Notes: generated by a model not told the origin, from the letters alone. DNA of 64,000 nt from Spirochaetia bacterium (GCA_963677595.1 OY782041.1:3104001-3168000); one strand, 5' to 3'; positions 31,527-40,895 are shown, counted from the stretch's first letter. Program-made: numbers and translations.

Positions 31527-33436
31527 CCTGAGTTTTGCAACCAATTTTGGTACAAACCCTGAATCAGGATTTTCTCTTCTTCTTTGGACGTGATACCGGT
31601 CGGCAATGGGGAGGTATTTCGAAACCGAAGGCGTCGAATATATCAACCTGCATGCCAACGAATTCGGTAATGATCTTCGCTCTCTTTGGGTGTCGGATAA
31701 GACGAATACCCCGCATCTCCTCAACCATATGCTTCCTTGTCGGGAAGCGTTTATTCAGTTGCGGGTTGTTGACATAAACGCGATGTATGGCTGCATTGAT
31801 CGTGAGGGTAATGAACTGGATCAGCATTCTCCCATCTGTACTTGGTTCGGTGCTGGTACGTAATCGCCTTCCATTCTGTTCGCTTTTCACAAACATGAAG
31901 GACTTCTCCTGTTCATCCCTCATTCTGTAGCGATCAAGGACATAGGTAAGAGGATACTCCTTCTTCTTCACGCGTGAACACAGAATGGCAAAGTATCCGG
32001 AGAGTGCCCAATACGAATGCATGGCTTTCTCATTTGGTTCGTAGGAAACGATGATCTGCTTCTTTGTATCGAGGGTGAGGTTGAAATACTCACGCAGTTT
32101 CTTCAAGGTCTTATCGTCAAGAACCACTCGGTCGTTCATCAGGGTATCAAGACTGGCAGCAGTTTCATGGATATGTTGCGCCAGCACCTTCCTGTCGGCC
32201 CCCTGCTGTTCGGGATCGAAAAATATACAGAGTCTGAAAGGCGCAGCTTCCCGCTGTTCTCCATTCACCGTCACGGTGAATGGATAGGTTGATTCTACTC
32301 CATACACCCCATGATCAGGTATCCAGTGTGCCGGTTGGGTAATCTCATCAGGATTCAGGGAGAAGATAACCTCTTTTACATCATGTGCGCTTGTTTTTGA
32401 CATCAGCAGGAAACTGATCCGCTTCTTTACCAGGAGTTCTATTCCCTCCTTCGAGAGATACCCGCGATCCAGTATGAGCTGGGCATTCTTGAATCCTGCG
32501 AATTCCAGTTCCTTGAGTGTGGTCCTCAGTGTCCGTGCATCTGGCATATTCCCCGGCATCCGCCGGTAATAGACCGGCATGCTCTGAGAAATATCGTAGA
32601 TGAACAGCTGGTTCAACTGTGGCAGGCGATCATGTTCCTTATTGCGGCCCCAACGGGTCTCAGCAAGAGAATGGCCGTAATAGGAGTAGGTGGTTGAATC
32701 TATTCCACACCATGCATCTGTGGTCATTCTCCTTCTTCTGAGAGCGAATAGCGATTGCTTGTCATCCTCACTGAGGCTCTGCGTGATTCGGGTAATACAG
32801 GAGGGAGTAAGAACTTTCGGTGAAGGATACCATTCGATCTTCTGCCAAGACTCAAGATGATTGTAACAGTCATCATGCAGGATATTGTAATAGGCAAGAG
32901 TTCTCATCTCTGCAGCTTTCTCTTCACCGAAGATATGAATCAGATCTTCAGTAAGCCCGCAGGACCTGGAGACTTCTTCGAACAGCATCACAGCTCCATA
33001 GAGCTGGCTAACCGACTCTCCAGTGTAGGATGGCCGGCCTGGCTTCTTGTGCACAGAAGGAGGCAACGACTGCACGTCCCAGCCCTCAGGGAAAAGCAGT
33101 GCCGTACGATCCTTCTCATCAAGGGTGAGATACCGTGCATTGGGAGTGAAGACCAGGTTGTGATCGACTGATCCCCAAATTGTCTTGGGATGCGTGTACC
33201 GCCCGGTCTTGGGGCTTTTCACCGTTTCCTGAGTAACAGCGTACCGGTAGTTTCCTGTCTTGAACAATGTAACCGGCTTTCTTCCGTCAGATCGTTTTGG
33301 TCTTGGCATAACACCTTCCTATATGTACTAAAATATTACTACATATAGGAGGATTTGTCAAATGATATGTGTTTATATCTACAGGAAATAACTGCATTTT
33401 AGGCTATTTGTACTAAAATTCTGTGCAAAACTCAGA
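31527..33436 (-). mobile_element. IS1634-family-like element, apparently intact
   Basis: IRs ctgagttttgcaaccaattttggtacaaa (31528-31556) and tttgtactaaaattctgtgcaaaactcag (33407-33435); 6-bp target duplication ttctca (31521-31526, 33437-33442). Confidence 0.92.
31564..33309 (-). CDS. IS1634-family DDE transposase
   Basis: IDSTT, PGNMPD, ILDRGY and YRMRDEQEKSF motifs; distant paralogue of 14455-16236. Confidence 0.88.
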   Translation of the reverse strand: MPRPKRSDGRKPVTLFKTGNYRYAVTQETVKSPKTGRYTHPKTIWGSVDHNLVFTPNARYLTLDEKDRTALLFPEGWDVQSLPPSVHKKPGRPSYTGESVSQLYGAVMLFEEVSRSCGLTEDLIHIFGEEKAAEMRTLAYYNILHDDCYNHLESWQKIEWYPSPKVLTPSCITRITQSLSEDDKQSLFALRRRRMTTDAWCGIDSTTYSYYGHSLAETRWGRNKEHDRLPQLNQLFIYDISQSMPVYYRRMPGNMPDARTLRTTLKELEFAGFKNAQLILDRGYLSKEGIELLVKKRISFLLMSKTSAHDVKEVIFSLNPDEITQPAHWIPDHGVYGVESTYPFTVTVNGEQREAAPFRLCIFFDPEQQGADRKVLAQHIHETAASLDTLMNDRVVLDDKTLKKLREYFNLTLDTKKQIIVSYEPNEKAMHSYWALSGYFAILCSRVKKKEYPLTYVLDRYRMRDEQEKSFMFVKSEQNGRRLRTSTEPSTDGRMLIQFITLTINAAIHRVYVNNPQLNKRFPTRKHMVEEMRGIRLIRHPKRAKIITEFVGMQVDIFDAFGFEIPPHCRPVSRPKKKRKS

Positions 33437-33927
33437 TTCTCAATAGTCTCTGCTCTCAGAGCTTCGGCCTGCTTTGCCATACCCATTTCCTCCTGTCTCT
33501 CTACAACAGGTTTATCACAGGTATAATGTCGTGTCAACAAAAACAATAACGTTTCAATAATACTATATACAGAACGCTTTCACTAAATACGATACTTTCA
33601 CCACCGTGGTGAGACCGGTATATACAGTGAAACCTTGAGGAGGAAATAAACGTAACCACTGCATAATCGGTACTTGCTTGCTGAAATGAGCGTTCCGCTA
33701 TTTCTTTATGGTTATTCCCAACACGCAGCCTTTACCTGTATCATTTTTCTCTCTGTCCAACATTATTATCTTCATACTACTCCCAACTGTAGGGAATCCG
33801 TACATCCTAACGGTAAACCCTATCTTAGAGTATCCAAAAAGTGAAATAATCACATAAAAAAGTATAAACTATAGAAAAAACGTAAAAAATATTGTATAAG
33901 GAAAGAAAAAGTGATAAAATAACGCCT

Positions 33928-35292
33928 ATGTTTATCAGATTCGTGCTGCACAATATTTATTCATTTGGGAATGAGAAAGAATTCAATATGATTCCCGCTC
34001 CTCGGTTCTCGCGGCTGAAGAGTCATAAATACCATACACAGGGAATAGACCTGCTTAAGCTGGCCTCGTTCTATGGTGCGAATGGCGCTGGGAAGTCGAA
34101 CTTCATCCGGGCCCTCATGTTTCTGCAGGATATAGTCGTTTCTGGAGACCTCCCCAGCCCGATAAAACTACGAAGGATGAAACATTTCCATTCCGGAACT
34201 GAACCCATGGTATTGGCTGTTGAGTTCATCAATCAGGATGTCCCCTATTTGTATGCTTTAGAGATTGGTGAGCAATCGGTCCTTAAGGAAGAGCTGTATA
34301 TCTCTGGATTGGGGAAGCAGGATGATACGCTTGTCTTCGAACGTGTCTCCCTGGAAAAGGGAAAGACTGCGCTGCAGGTATCCGAAGAGTTCCTTGAGAG
34401 TGAAGAAGGCCGTGTGCTGAAAGGGATCCTTGAGAACAATCTCATAAAGCAGAATAAGACCTGTCTGAAGATCATATCCGAATTGGAGAATGAGCAGCTC
34501 TCAGATGCAGGGCGGGCGTATGAGTGGTTTCAGCAGAAACTCGTGATCATCACCCCAAACGTACGTTCTGGCGGACTTGCCCATAGACTGGATAGTGATG
34601 AGGAGTTCAGGCGATATGCACAGGAGATCATGTGCTCTTTCAGTGTTGGGATCCATACACTGAGGACTGTGACGAAACCGATTGAAGAATACTTCGGGAA
34701 TGATAATAAGACAGTCATGGAAAACCTTATGGATAGATTGAGCGAATCCACACATACGGCCCTTGGTATGATGAATGACGAGGGTGAGGAGTTGGTAGTT
34801 GTCGAAGAAAATGGCGAGGTAGTCGTTAAACAGTTGAAGACCGAGCACATCACGAAGCACGGAAATCCTGTCATGTTTGACCTTTCGGAGGAATCCGATG
34901 GGTCGAGACGGTTGATGGACTATCTTCCTGCGTTCAGCGACCTGTTGAAAAGGGATGTGACCTATTTTATTGATGAGATCGAGAGAAGTATCCACCCCCT
35001 TTTAATAAAGGAACTCATTGGTAAATTCTCAGCCGACGATAAGACCGTTGGCCAGCTCATATGCACAACACATGAATCAAATCTGCTTGACCAGGCGATT
35101 TTCCGTCAGGATGAAATCTGGTTCATCGAGAAAGATAATTCAGGTAGTACCGATCTCTATGCTCTCTGTGACTTCAAGGAACACAACACGAAAGATATCA
35201 GGAAGGGATACCTTTCTGGACGGTACGGATCCATACCATTTCTCGCGAATCTGAAAGATCTGAATTGGGATGCATATGATTTTAAGAAGTAG
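33928..35292 (+). CDS. RloA/AbiLi-like AAA_21 ATPase
   Basis: N.YSF, YGANGAGKSN, ESDGSRR, IDEIERSIHP, TTHE, RQDEIWFIEK and YLSGRYGSIP motifs. Confidence 0.9.
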   Translation: MFIRFVLHNIYSFGNEKEFNMIPAPRFSRLKSHKYHTQGIDLLKLASFYGANGAGKSNFIRALMFLQDIVVSGDLPSPIKLRRMKHFHSGTEPMVLAVEFINQDVPYLYALEIGEQSVLKEELYISGLGKQDDTLVFERVSLEKGKTALQVSEEFLESEEGRVLKGILENNLIKQNKTCLKIISELENEQLSDAGRAYEWFQQKLVIITPNVRSGGLAHRLDSDEEFRRYAQEIMCSFSVGIHTLRTVTKPIEEYFGNDNKTVMENLMDRLSESTHTALGMMNDEGEELVVVEENGEVVVKQLKTEHITKHGNPVMFDLSEESDGSRRLMDYLPAFSDLLKRDVTYFIDEIERSIHPLLIKELIGKFSADDKTVGQLICTTHESNLLDQAIFRQDEIWFIEKDNSGSTDLYALCDFKEHNTKDIRKGYLSGRYGSIPFLANLKDLNWDAYDFKK

Positions 35293-35920
35293 GTCGTATG
35301 CTCGCAAAGAACCCGATAGAGATGCGACCCTGTATGTGATCTATTGCGAAGGGAGTAAGAGAGAACCAGGGTACTTTCATTATTTCGAAGGACTCAGTTC
35401 CAGGATCAAGCTTGAAGTGGTGAAAGCTGACTCGCAGGGGAACAATTCTCCATCAGGATTGTATCAGCAAGCATGTGAAGATATTGAAGGCTCTGGAAAG
35501 GACTCACTTTCAACATATGAGATCGGGGTGGGAGACCATGTCTGGTTCGTCATTGATACGGATGAGTGGGACGCTCATATCGACGGATTGCGGAAGGGGT
35601 GTGAAACACATATGAATTGGCATGTTGCGCAAAGCAATCCCTGTTTTGAAGTATGGCTATACTACCATATGGCATCTGAAGATGCTGGGAATATCATCCT
35701 GGATGGCTGTACAGCCTGGAAGAATTATGTGAATGCAGAAATCCCCGGCGGCTTTGACAGCAGAAAACACCCGATTCATATTGCTGATGCTATTCTCAAT
35801 GCTGAAACATATTTCAAGACAGACGAGCACGGTGTTGCTTATGGATCTACAGAAGTCTTCAAACTTGGTAAAGAACTATATCCGCTGGTCTCATCAGCTC
35901 TAGAGGAAATGAGACGCTGA
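35270..35920 (+). CDS. RloB-family (TOPRIM-like) protein, partner of RloA
   Basis: IYCEG.KRE..YF, VWFVIDTD, SNPCFEVWLYYH and STEV..L motifs; overlaps the upstream ATPase. Confidence 0.9.
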   Translation: MHMILRSRSYARKEPDRDATLYVIYCEGSKREPGYFHYFEGLSSRIKLEVVKADSQGNNSPSGLYQQACEDIEGSGKDSLSTYEIGVGDHVWFVIDTDEWDAHIDGLRKGCETHMNWHVAQSNPCFEVWLYYHMASEDAGNIILDGCTAWKNYVNAEIPGGFDSRKHPIHIADAILNAETYFKTDEHGVAYGSTEVFKLGKELYPLVSSALEEMRR

Positions 35921-36160
35921 ACAGGTAAGTCCTTGATAACTTCCATCCTCTGTTAGGCATATCTGGAGACAAATGCATAAATAAGATCTAACAGTATGGC
36001 AATTTACTTGTGTTGACTTAACACACTTGTCCGATGAGTATACTCCCTTCACATGCTACCTCTTGCAGGTACAGGAACATGGATTGCCCATCTCTCCTTT
36101 ATAGGCTATTATATCAATAAGAAGAACAATATTGATATAGCAGCCAGGAGGATACCGTAC

Positions 36161-36394
36161 ATGGTTGATGTGAACGTCTTATTGGAAACTGCCGTCAAGG
36201 AGACCGGGAACCTGAGAGAAGGGGAGAGCTTCCTGGTGAAGGACCTGTTCAAAGGGTACCTGTGGAACCGGCTTCCTAAAGGTGACCGGCTCATGCTCGG
36301 TTCCATGTTCCTGCGCTATGTCGGCATGCATGACTGCGGGGTCTCGGTGGTAGAGAAGGGGGCATCCGGGCAGCAGCGGTATCTGAAGAATTGA
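36161..36394 (+). CDS. DUF1413 small protein (family of the SCC-encoded ssDNA-binding protein LP1413)
   Basis: GE.FLVKDLFKGY.WNRL..GDR..LG..F...K..SGQQRY.K pattern; RBS aggagg before ATG 36161. Confidence 0.8.
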   Translation: MVDVNVLLETAVKETGNLREGESFLVKDLFKGYLWNRLPKGDRLMLGSMFLRYVGMHDCGVSVVEKGASGQQRYLKN

Positions 36395-36460
36395 TAGGAT
36401 GTAAGAAGTCCCGGTTTATAAAAACCACAATATACGGTATGGTAGAAGCGAGGTTAGACT

Positions 36461-36685
36461 ATGTTTGATAGAATAACAAGAAACCCTGATGTGCTGAACG
36501 GGCAGCCCTGTATCAGGAATCTACGCATTTCCGTGAAACGGGTCCTTGAGATCCTTGCTGTATATGAGGATAGAGCTGAACTCTTCAAAGATTACCCTGA
36601 ATTAGAGAAGCAGGACCTGAAACAGGCATTGGAATATGCTGCAGCCAGCATGGACGACAAGATAATAGATATTTTGACTGCATGA
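36461..36685 (+). CDS. DUF433 antitoxin
   Basis: RIT.NPDVLNGQPCIR.LRI.V...DYPELE..D..QALEYAA pattern. Confidence 0.92.
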   Translation: MFDRITRNPDVLNGQPCIRNLRISVKRVLEILAVYEDRAELFKDYPELEKQDLKQALEYAAASMDDKIIDILTA

Positions 36686-37047
36686 AATTATTATGAGATC
36701 AGGGACTGCCGCGTTCTGCTGTCGCAAGATTGAAAGATAGACACATTGAATCCATCCATGTCGGTGATATTGGTATGGCTGCCGCAACTGATCTGGAGAT
36801 CATTCAAAAAGCACTTCTCGAATCTCTCGTAGTTGTCACACTTGATTCCGATTTCCATGCGATACTTGCATCCTCAGCAGGCAATAAACCATCAGTGATC
36901 CGTATCCGGATCGAGGGGTTGAGATCAGAAAGACTAGGCGAACTGATAAGTACGGTGATGAAGTCTGCTTATGATGACCTGCAAAGCGGAGCAGCTATCA
37001 GTGTAACGGAACAAGGCATCCGGGTCAGGAGACTCCCCTTAGTATAG
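36682..37047 (+). pseudogene. DUF5615/PIN-like toxin with a nonsense codon at position 5
   Basis: ATGA-coupled start reads MKLL*DQGLPRS...HVGDIG..ATD..I...VVVTLDSDF; TGA at 36694-36696. Confidence 0.85.
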
Positions 37048-37073
37048 TTGTATCCAGTGAGATAACATGCCTC

Positions 37074-37289
37074 CTAATTCCACGTTACTTCCAGCTTCTT
37101 TTTATTCCGTGCACAATCTTCCAGGTAGAGACCTATGAGGGTCTGATAAGGTATTCCTGATTCTTCAGCCAACCCTTCGAAGTATGCAACAGTCTCATCA
37201 GCCAGTCGTATCGTGATCTGTTTCTTGAGTCTCTTCGCATATGGGTTCTTTCGGGATCGCAGGGTCGAGAAATCATATTCATCTTTCAT
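37074..37289 (-). CDS. BrnA-family antitoxin
   Basis: MKDEYDFS...KNPYAKRLKKQITIRL....YF...A...GIPYQTLI..YL pattern; RBS ggaggg. Confidence 0.9.
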   Translation of the reverse strand: MKDEYDFSTLRSRKNPYAKRLKKQITIRLADETVAYFEGLAEESGIPYQTLIGLYLEDCARNKKKLEVTWN

Positions 37290-37293
37290 TTTA

Positions 37294-37338
37294 TCACCCT
37301 CCATAGGACCGTGACTCATGCAATTCGAATGGTAGCAT
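37294..37338 (-). pseudogene. Probable BrnT toxin remnant (internal deletion)
   Basis: 14-aa ORF MLPFELHESRSYGG at the toxin position upstream of brnA; resembles a BrnT start (M..FE) fused to a BrnT end (E.R.Y). Confidence 0.55.
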
Positions 37339-37573
37339 ACTTGTTGTATCATGATACCATACATTTGAAACAAGGGCCGTGTACGTGTACTTCGGAACGT
37401 ATAGCAGATGATTATCACAGGGAATATCCTGGGCAGTTTCGCATGTCGTTTTTTACCTTGGGGTCCAGCATGCATACCTATCAGATTGTTCCGCATTATG
37501 GGATATCCCGGATAGCAGTATGGGCCCTTCATCCCCCGTAATGTTCCTATTCCTTATGCCTGGTACGAGCAGA

Positions 37574-38926
37574 TCACAGCAATGGAGTCATATACAGGGG
37601 AAGGAAGGTGATACCCTCTTCCTGCTTCACATCTCCTGTATGCAGGACATAGGGAATATGCAGTTGCTGTGCATATTTGGTCCTGAACTTTTTCAGAGAA
37701 CTCAGTTCATAATACTTGCTTGACTTTACCTCGATTGGAGAGATGGTATGCCTGTTGCTGATCCTGCTCTTCGCAATCAGGAAATCTATCTCCATACGAG
37801 AGGAGGCATCATCACGGGATGGGTTAGCATAGAAATACAGCTTATGGCCGCTGGCTGCCAGCATCTGCGCTACGATATTCTCTATGATCATGCCCAGATT
37901 GGTCTCCAGCTTGTTGAAGAGGATTCTTTTATAGATCTCTTCACTCACTATGTCGTTCTCATCAAATGCATGACTGATGAGAAGCCCTGTGTCTGCCATA
38001 TAACATTTGAGCCTAATACGATCCATGTTGAGCCTCAAGCAGATATCAGGGGAACTGGAGTTATAACACATATTCGTGATCATAGCATCGCCAAGCCAGA
38101 ATAATGCATCTTCATAGTCCCGCATGCGAGCTTCTTTTCTCAACGATGACAGTTTGAACTTCCTGTTCTGCTTCTGAAGCTGTGCAGGGATAGCATCAAA
38201 GATCTGTAAGACCTTCATCTCATAGCCTTCAGCATGCTTCACGATGTCAGATCGGTAGAGTGCAAGAATATCCCGCTTCACCCGGTCTAGCCTGGTAAAG
38301 TCACGGGTTATCACATATGTCTCCACTGCCTGGGGCAACCCTCCCACGATAAGATACTGCCTGAAATAGTCCATGACTTTTCGATGAAGGGCTTGCCCCA
38401 GGGGTTTCACGTCTTTGAAGCATTTCCTGATGAAGTCCATCATGGTGTCATGTCCAAGAGCCCAGAGGAATTCCTCAAAGTCCATGGGAAACATGGAAAG
38501 ATGATGTTCTTCCGAAGGAATAACAATATCTTGTACATGTTTCTTTATGCTCATGAGGGAGCCGGTCTCTATATAATCATACCGACCGTCAGCCACCAGG
38601 TATTTTATCGCTGCCCGTGCTCTTGGACAGAGCTGTACCTCATCAAGGATAATCAGCGTATCTCGATCATACAGCTTTACATTGTAGTAATTTGAAAGGT
38701 ACAAGAAGAACGTCTCCAGATCGTCGGCATAGTTCCTGAAGAGATCTGTGATCTCTGTGCTGACCCGGTTGAAATCGATCATAATATAGGCTTTGTATTC
38801 AGCCTTCGCGAACTCTTCTACGATATAGCTCTTCCCTACACGCCGGGCACCCTCGATCAGCAATGCTGTTCGCCCATCTTCCTCCTGTTTCCATGCCACC
38901 ATATCTGCATATATCTTTCTTCTCAT
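37574..38926 (-). CDS. AAA_14 + DUF4143 ATPase (COG1373-type)
   Basis: WK..., EGARRVGKS, ILDEVQ, TGS, PMDFEEFL, GGLP, DTGLL, EN, EIDFL and IEVKS motifs. Confidence 0.92.
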   Translation of the reverse strand: MRRKIYADMVAWKQEEDGRTALLIEGARRVGKSYIVEEFAKAEYKAYIMIDFNRVSTEITDLFRNYADDLETFFLYLSNYYNVKLYDRDTLIILDEVQLCPRARAAIKYLVADGRYDYIETGSLMSIKKHVQDIVIPSEEHHLSMFPMDFEEFLWALGHDTMMDFIRKCFKDVKPLGQALHRKVMDYFRQYLIVGGLPQAVETYVITRDFTRLDRVKRDILALYRSDIVKHAEGYEMKVLQIFDAIPAQLQKQNRKFKLSSLRKEARMRDYEDALFWLGDAMITNMCYNSSSPDICLRLNMDRIRLKCYMADTGLLISHAFDENDIVSEEIYKRILFNKLETNLGMIIENIVAQMLAASGHKLYFYANPSRDDASSRMEIDFLIAKSRISNRHTISPIEVKSSKYYELSSLKKFRTKYAQQLHIPYVLHTGDVKQEEGITFLPLYMTPLL

Positions 38927-38950
38927 TGCGTATGGTCGACTCCTTTAATT

Positions 38951-39071
38951 CACGTTTTCAATGATTTCAAATCCAGTATACCACACGTAATCAAGAAATT
39001 CAAATTCGATAATTTACACATAATCAAAAAATACAAATTGCATTTGATACACATAATCAAGATATTCAGAT
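38951..39071. repeat. Four 22-bp imperfect direct repeats at an exact 33-bp period, containing the promoter of 37574-38926
   Basis: Units start 38951, 38984, 39017, 39050 (cac.taatcaa....t.caaat); minus-strand TTGAAT-17-TATACT at 39003-38975. Confidence 0.85.
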
Positions 39072-39074
39072 GGA

Positions 39075-40289
39075 CTACGAGCACCCCTCGATACCGTGAA
39101 CGAGTCGATCAAGCAGGAAATCTATGAGGTTCCTGTGGATGATCCCATTCCTCGAGCGATTGACCCTGTCAAGAGAGAGTACCAGTTTCGGGTAGTTGTC
39201 ATCGATTTGCTCCAGTACAGAGAACTCCCGCTCGATGGTCGCGGGTTCTGCAAGAAGATAGGCTACCTGGATGTACTGCTTCTCATTCGCCCTGACGGTA
39301 ATGAAATCGACCTCTTTCTCCTGGTATTTCCCGATATAGATCTCATAGCCCTTTCCCCTCAGGTGAAGGTAGACCAGATTCTCCAGGACCTGGCTGATGT
39401 CCTGCTCATTATCGAAGAAGAGGCTGCGTAACCCGAGATCATTGATGAAATACTTCTCATTAGTCTTCAGCAGTTCCTTGCCCTTGATGTCGTATCGTGG
39501 TACCCCGTGAATAAGGTACGCCTGCTTTGCTGCATCGATATACTGGTAGATCGTCTCCTTGGAGAATCTGCGGCCCTCACTCTTCAGGTATTTCGTTATC
39601 GTCCCTGCTGAAAAGGTCTGCCCGATATTATGCATGATACACCTCATGAAACGCTGCAGCAGGTCAACATTCCTGATATGATAGCGTCCGATGATATCCT
39701 TCAGGAGGATTGACTGGTACATATCAAGCAGGTGGTTCCTCCTGATGGCCTCTATCTCGAAGTGCAGGATGCCGGGAAGCCCCCCAGTCCTGAGATACCG
39801 TAAAAGTGCCTGTTCTCTCTCGTCCTTCGGATCCAGGGACAGGATCTCCATAAAGGAGAGTGGAAGTATCTCGATAGCGTAATACCTTCCTGTCAGGTAG
39901 GTCGCCAGCTCCCCAGACAGCAGACGGGAATTGGACCCGGTTATGAAGAGTTCCGCATTACCTTCCGCGTTCAGCGAATTCACGACCTTCTCGAACCCAG
40001 AGACCTCCTGGATCTCATCAAGGAACACGTAGTACCTCTCTGTATTCACCATGCGTTCCCGAATATACCGATCGAGTTCGTGGTATTCATTGATGGGTTC
40101 GTATTCCATCAACTCGAAATTCACGCTGATGATCTGGTCGACCGCGACTCCGGATGCGATCAAGGCTTCCTGAATCTGCTGCAGGAGGGTGGATTTCCCA
40201 ACCCGGCGCATGCCGGTCAGGACCTTGATGATCTGTTTCCCGGTTACTGCACGAATCTCTTTAAGATACCGTTCTCTCTGAATGATCAT
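39075..40289 (-). CDS. AAA_14 + DUF4143 ATPase
   Basis: IKVLTGMRRVGKS, FLDEIQ, TGSNS, GGLP, KY...DLGLR, EN.VY, EVDF and YIQV motifs. Confidence 0.92.
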   Translation of the reverse strand: MIIQRERYLKEIRAVTGKQIIKVLTGMRRVGKSTLLQQIQEALIASGVAVDQIISVNFELMEYEPINEYHELDRYIRERMVNTERYYVFLDEIQEVSGFEKVVNSLNAEGNAELFITGSNSRLLSGELATYLTGRYYAIEILPLSFMEILSLDPKDEREQALLRYLRTGGLPGILHFEIEAIRRNHLLDMYQSILLKDIIGRYHIRNVDLLQRFMRCIMHNIGQTFSAGTITKYLKSEGRRFSKETIYQYIDAAKQAYLIHGVPRYDIKGKELLKTNEKYFINDLGLRSLFFDNEQDISQVLENLVYLHLRGKGYEIYIGKYQEKEVDFITVRANEKQYIQVAYLLAEPATIEREFSVLEQIDDNYPKLVLSLDRVNRSRNGIIHRNLIDFLLDRLVHGIEGCS

Positions 40290-40348
40290 GGCGATGCTCC
40301 TAGAGCCATTTCATTGGCTTGAGAAGGTTGTGGTAACTCCTCTTGATA

Positions 40349-40426
40349 ATTATATGGCATACATGTCCCGTAAACAAGACAAAAATCTAATAATTCAATA
40401 AAAAGTCTAACATACAAGACAAATAT
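40349..40426 (-). promoter_or_regulatory. Promoter with two repeated sites at a 40-bp period
   Basis: TTGTTT-17-TATAAT (40377-40349); gtc......acaagacaaa.at at 40365 and 40405. Confidence 0.65.
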
Positions 40427-40478
40427 GCATGTTTGGTATGGTGAAGATACCCTATCGAACTACTGATTACAATGTTAT

Positions 40479-40513
40479 CTCCAGAAAGTATGATTACATC
40501 ATACTTTCTGGAG
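40479..40513. repeat. Perfect 16-bp inverted repeat
   Basis: ctccagaaagtatgat-tac-atcatactttctggag. Confidence 0.85.
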
Positions 40514-40637
40514 GTATTATTGATGGAGACAGCAGAGCTGACCAGACTGAGTTAGAAGGAAATGCGTACTATCAATCGAAGATTATGCACATGATCACAG
40601 GATCATAGTATCATTATCTGAAGCAGCTACCCAAACC

Positions 40638-40895
40638 GTGGGACCGTATCGTGTGCCAAAGTCCACTGGTGCTATGCTGCATGATACGTTGGGTGATACT
40701 TTGGGTGATACTTTGGAGTCCCGGATACTGGCACTGATCAGGAAGGATCCAGCTGTCCTCCAGCAGGAGCTCTCAGAAGAGCTTGCTGTCTCCATCCCGA
40801 CTGTCAAGCGTACCATGAAGCGGATGACCGAAAAGCATATCATCGAACGGAAAGGGGGCAGGAGGTACGGCCGCTGGGAGATACCCAGTCCCTAG
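40638..40895 (+). pseudogene. Orphan C-terminal winged-helix fragment of a Schlafen/RecG-like or Fic-like regulator
   Basis: DTLG x3 linker (12-bp repeats 40683-40718) followed by ILALIRKDP....ELSEEL.VS..TVKR....IERKGGRRYGRWEI. Confidence 0.65.

Larger units (their letters stand above)
30011..33486 (-). pseudogene. HTH + pRiA4b ORF-3-like protein, split near codon 17 by an IS
   Basis: Removing 31527-33436 and one ttctca copy restores RBS aggagg + MGMAKQAEALRAETIEKVVSVYTRTES...; motifs LHQLH..I...FGW.NSHLHSF, YSYDYGDGW and DDCGG..GY. Confidence 0.85.

Noticed and set aside
33836-33923. aaaaagtga repeats upstream of rloA as another phased array
   Set aside because: Only two clear copies in A-rich DNA, without a consistent period
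36694-36696. TGA recoding (selenocysteine or alternative genetic code) in the PIN toxin
   Set aside because: The position is normally hydrophobic, many genes here end with TGA, and a single TTA>TGA change explains it
37074-37532. 152-aa version of brnA and 113-aa version of DUF1413 (36053) from the ORF track
   Set aside because: Upstream extensions lack family similarity; RBS-supported internal starts at 37289 and 36161 were used
38951-39071. CRISPR interpretation of the 33-bp and 32-bp arrays
   Set aside because: Spacers are only ~10-11 bp, repeats are imperfect, there are no cas genes, and both arrays overlap predicted promoters
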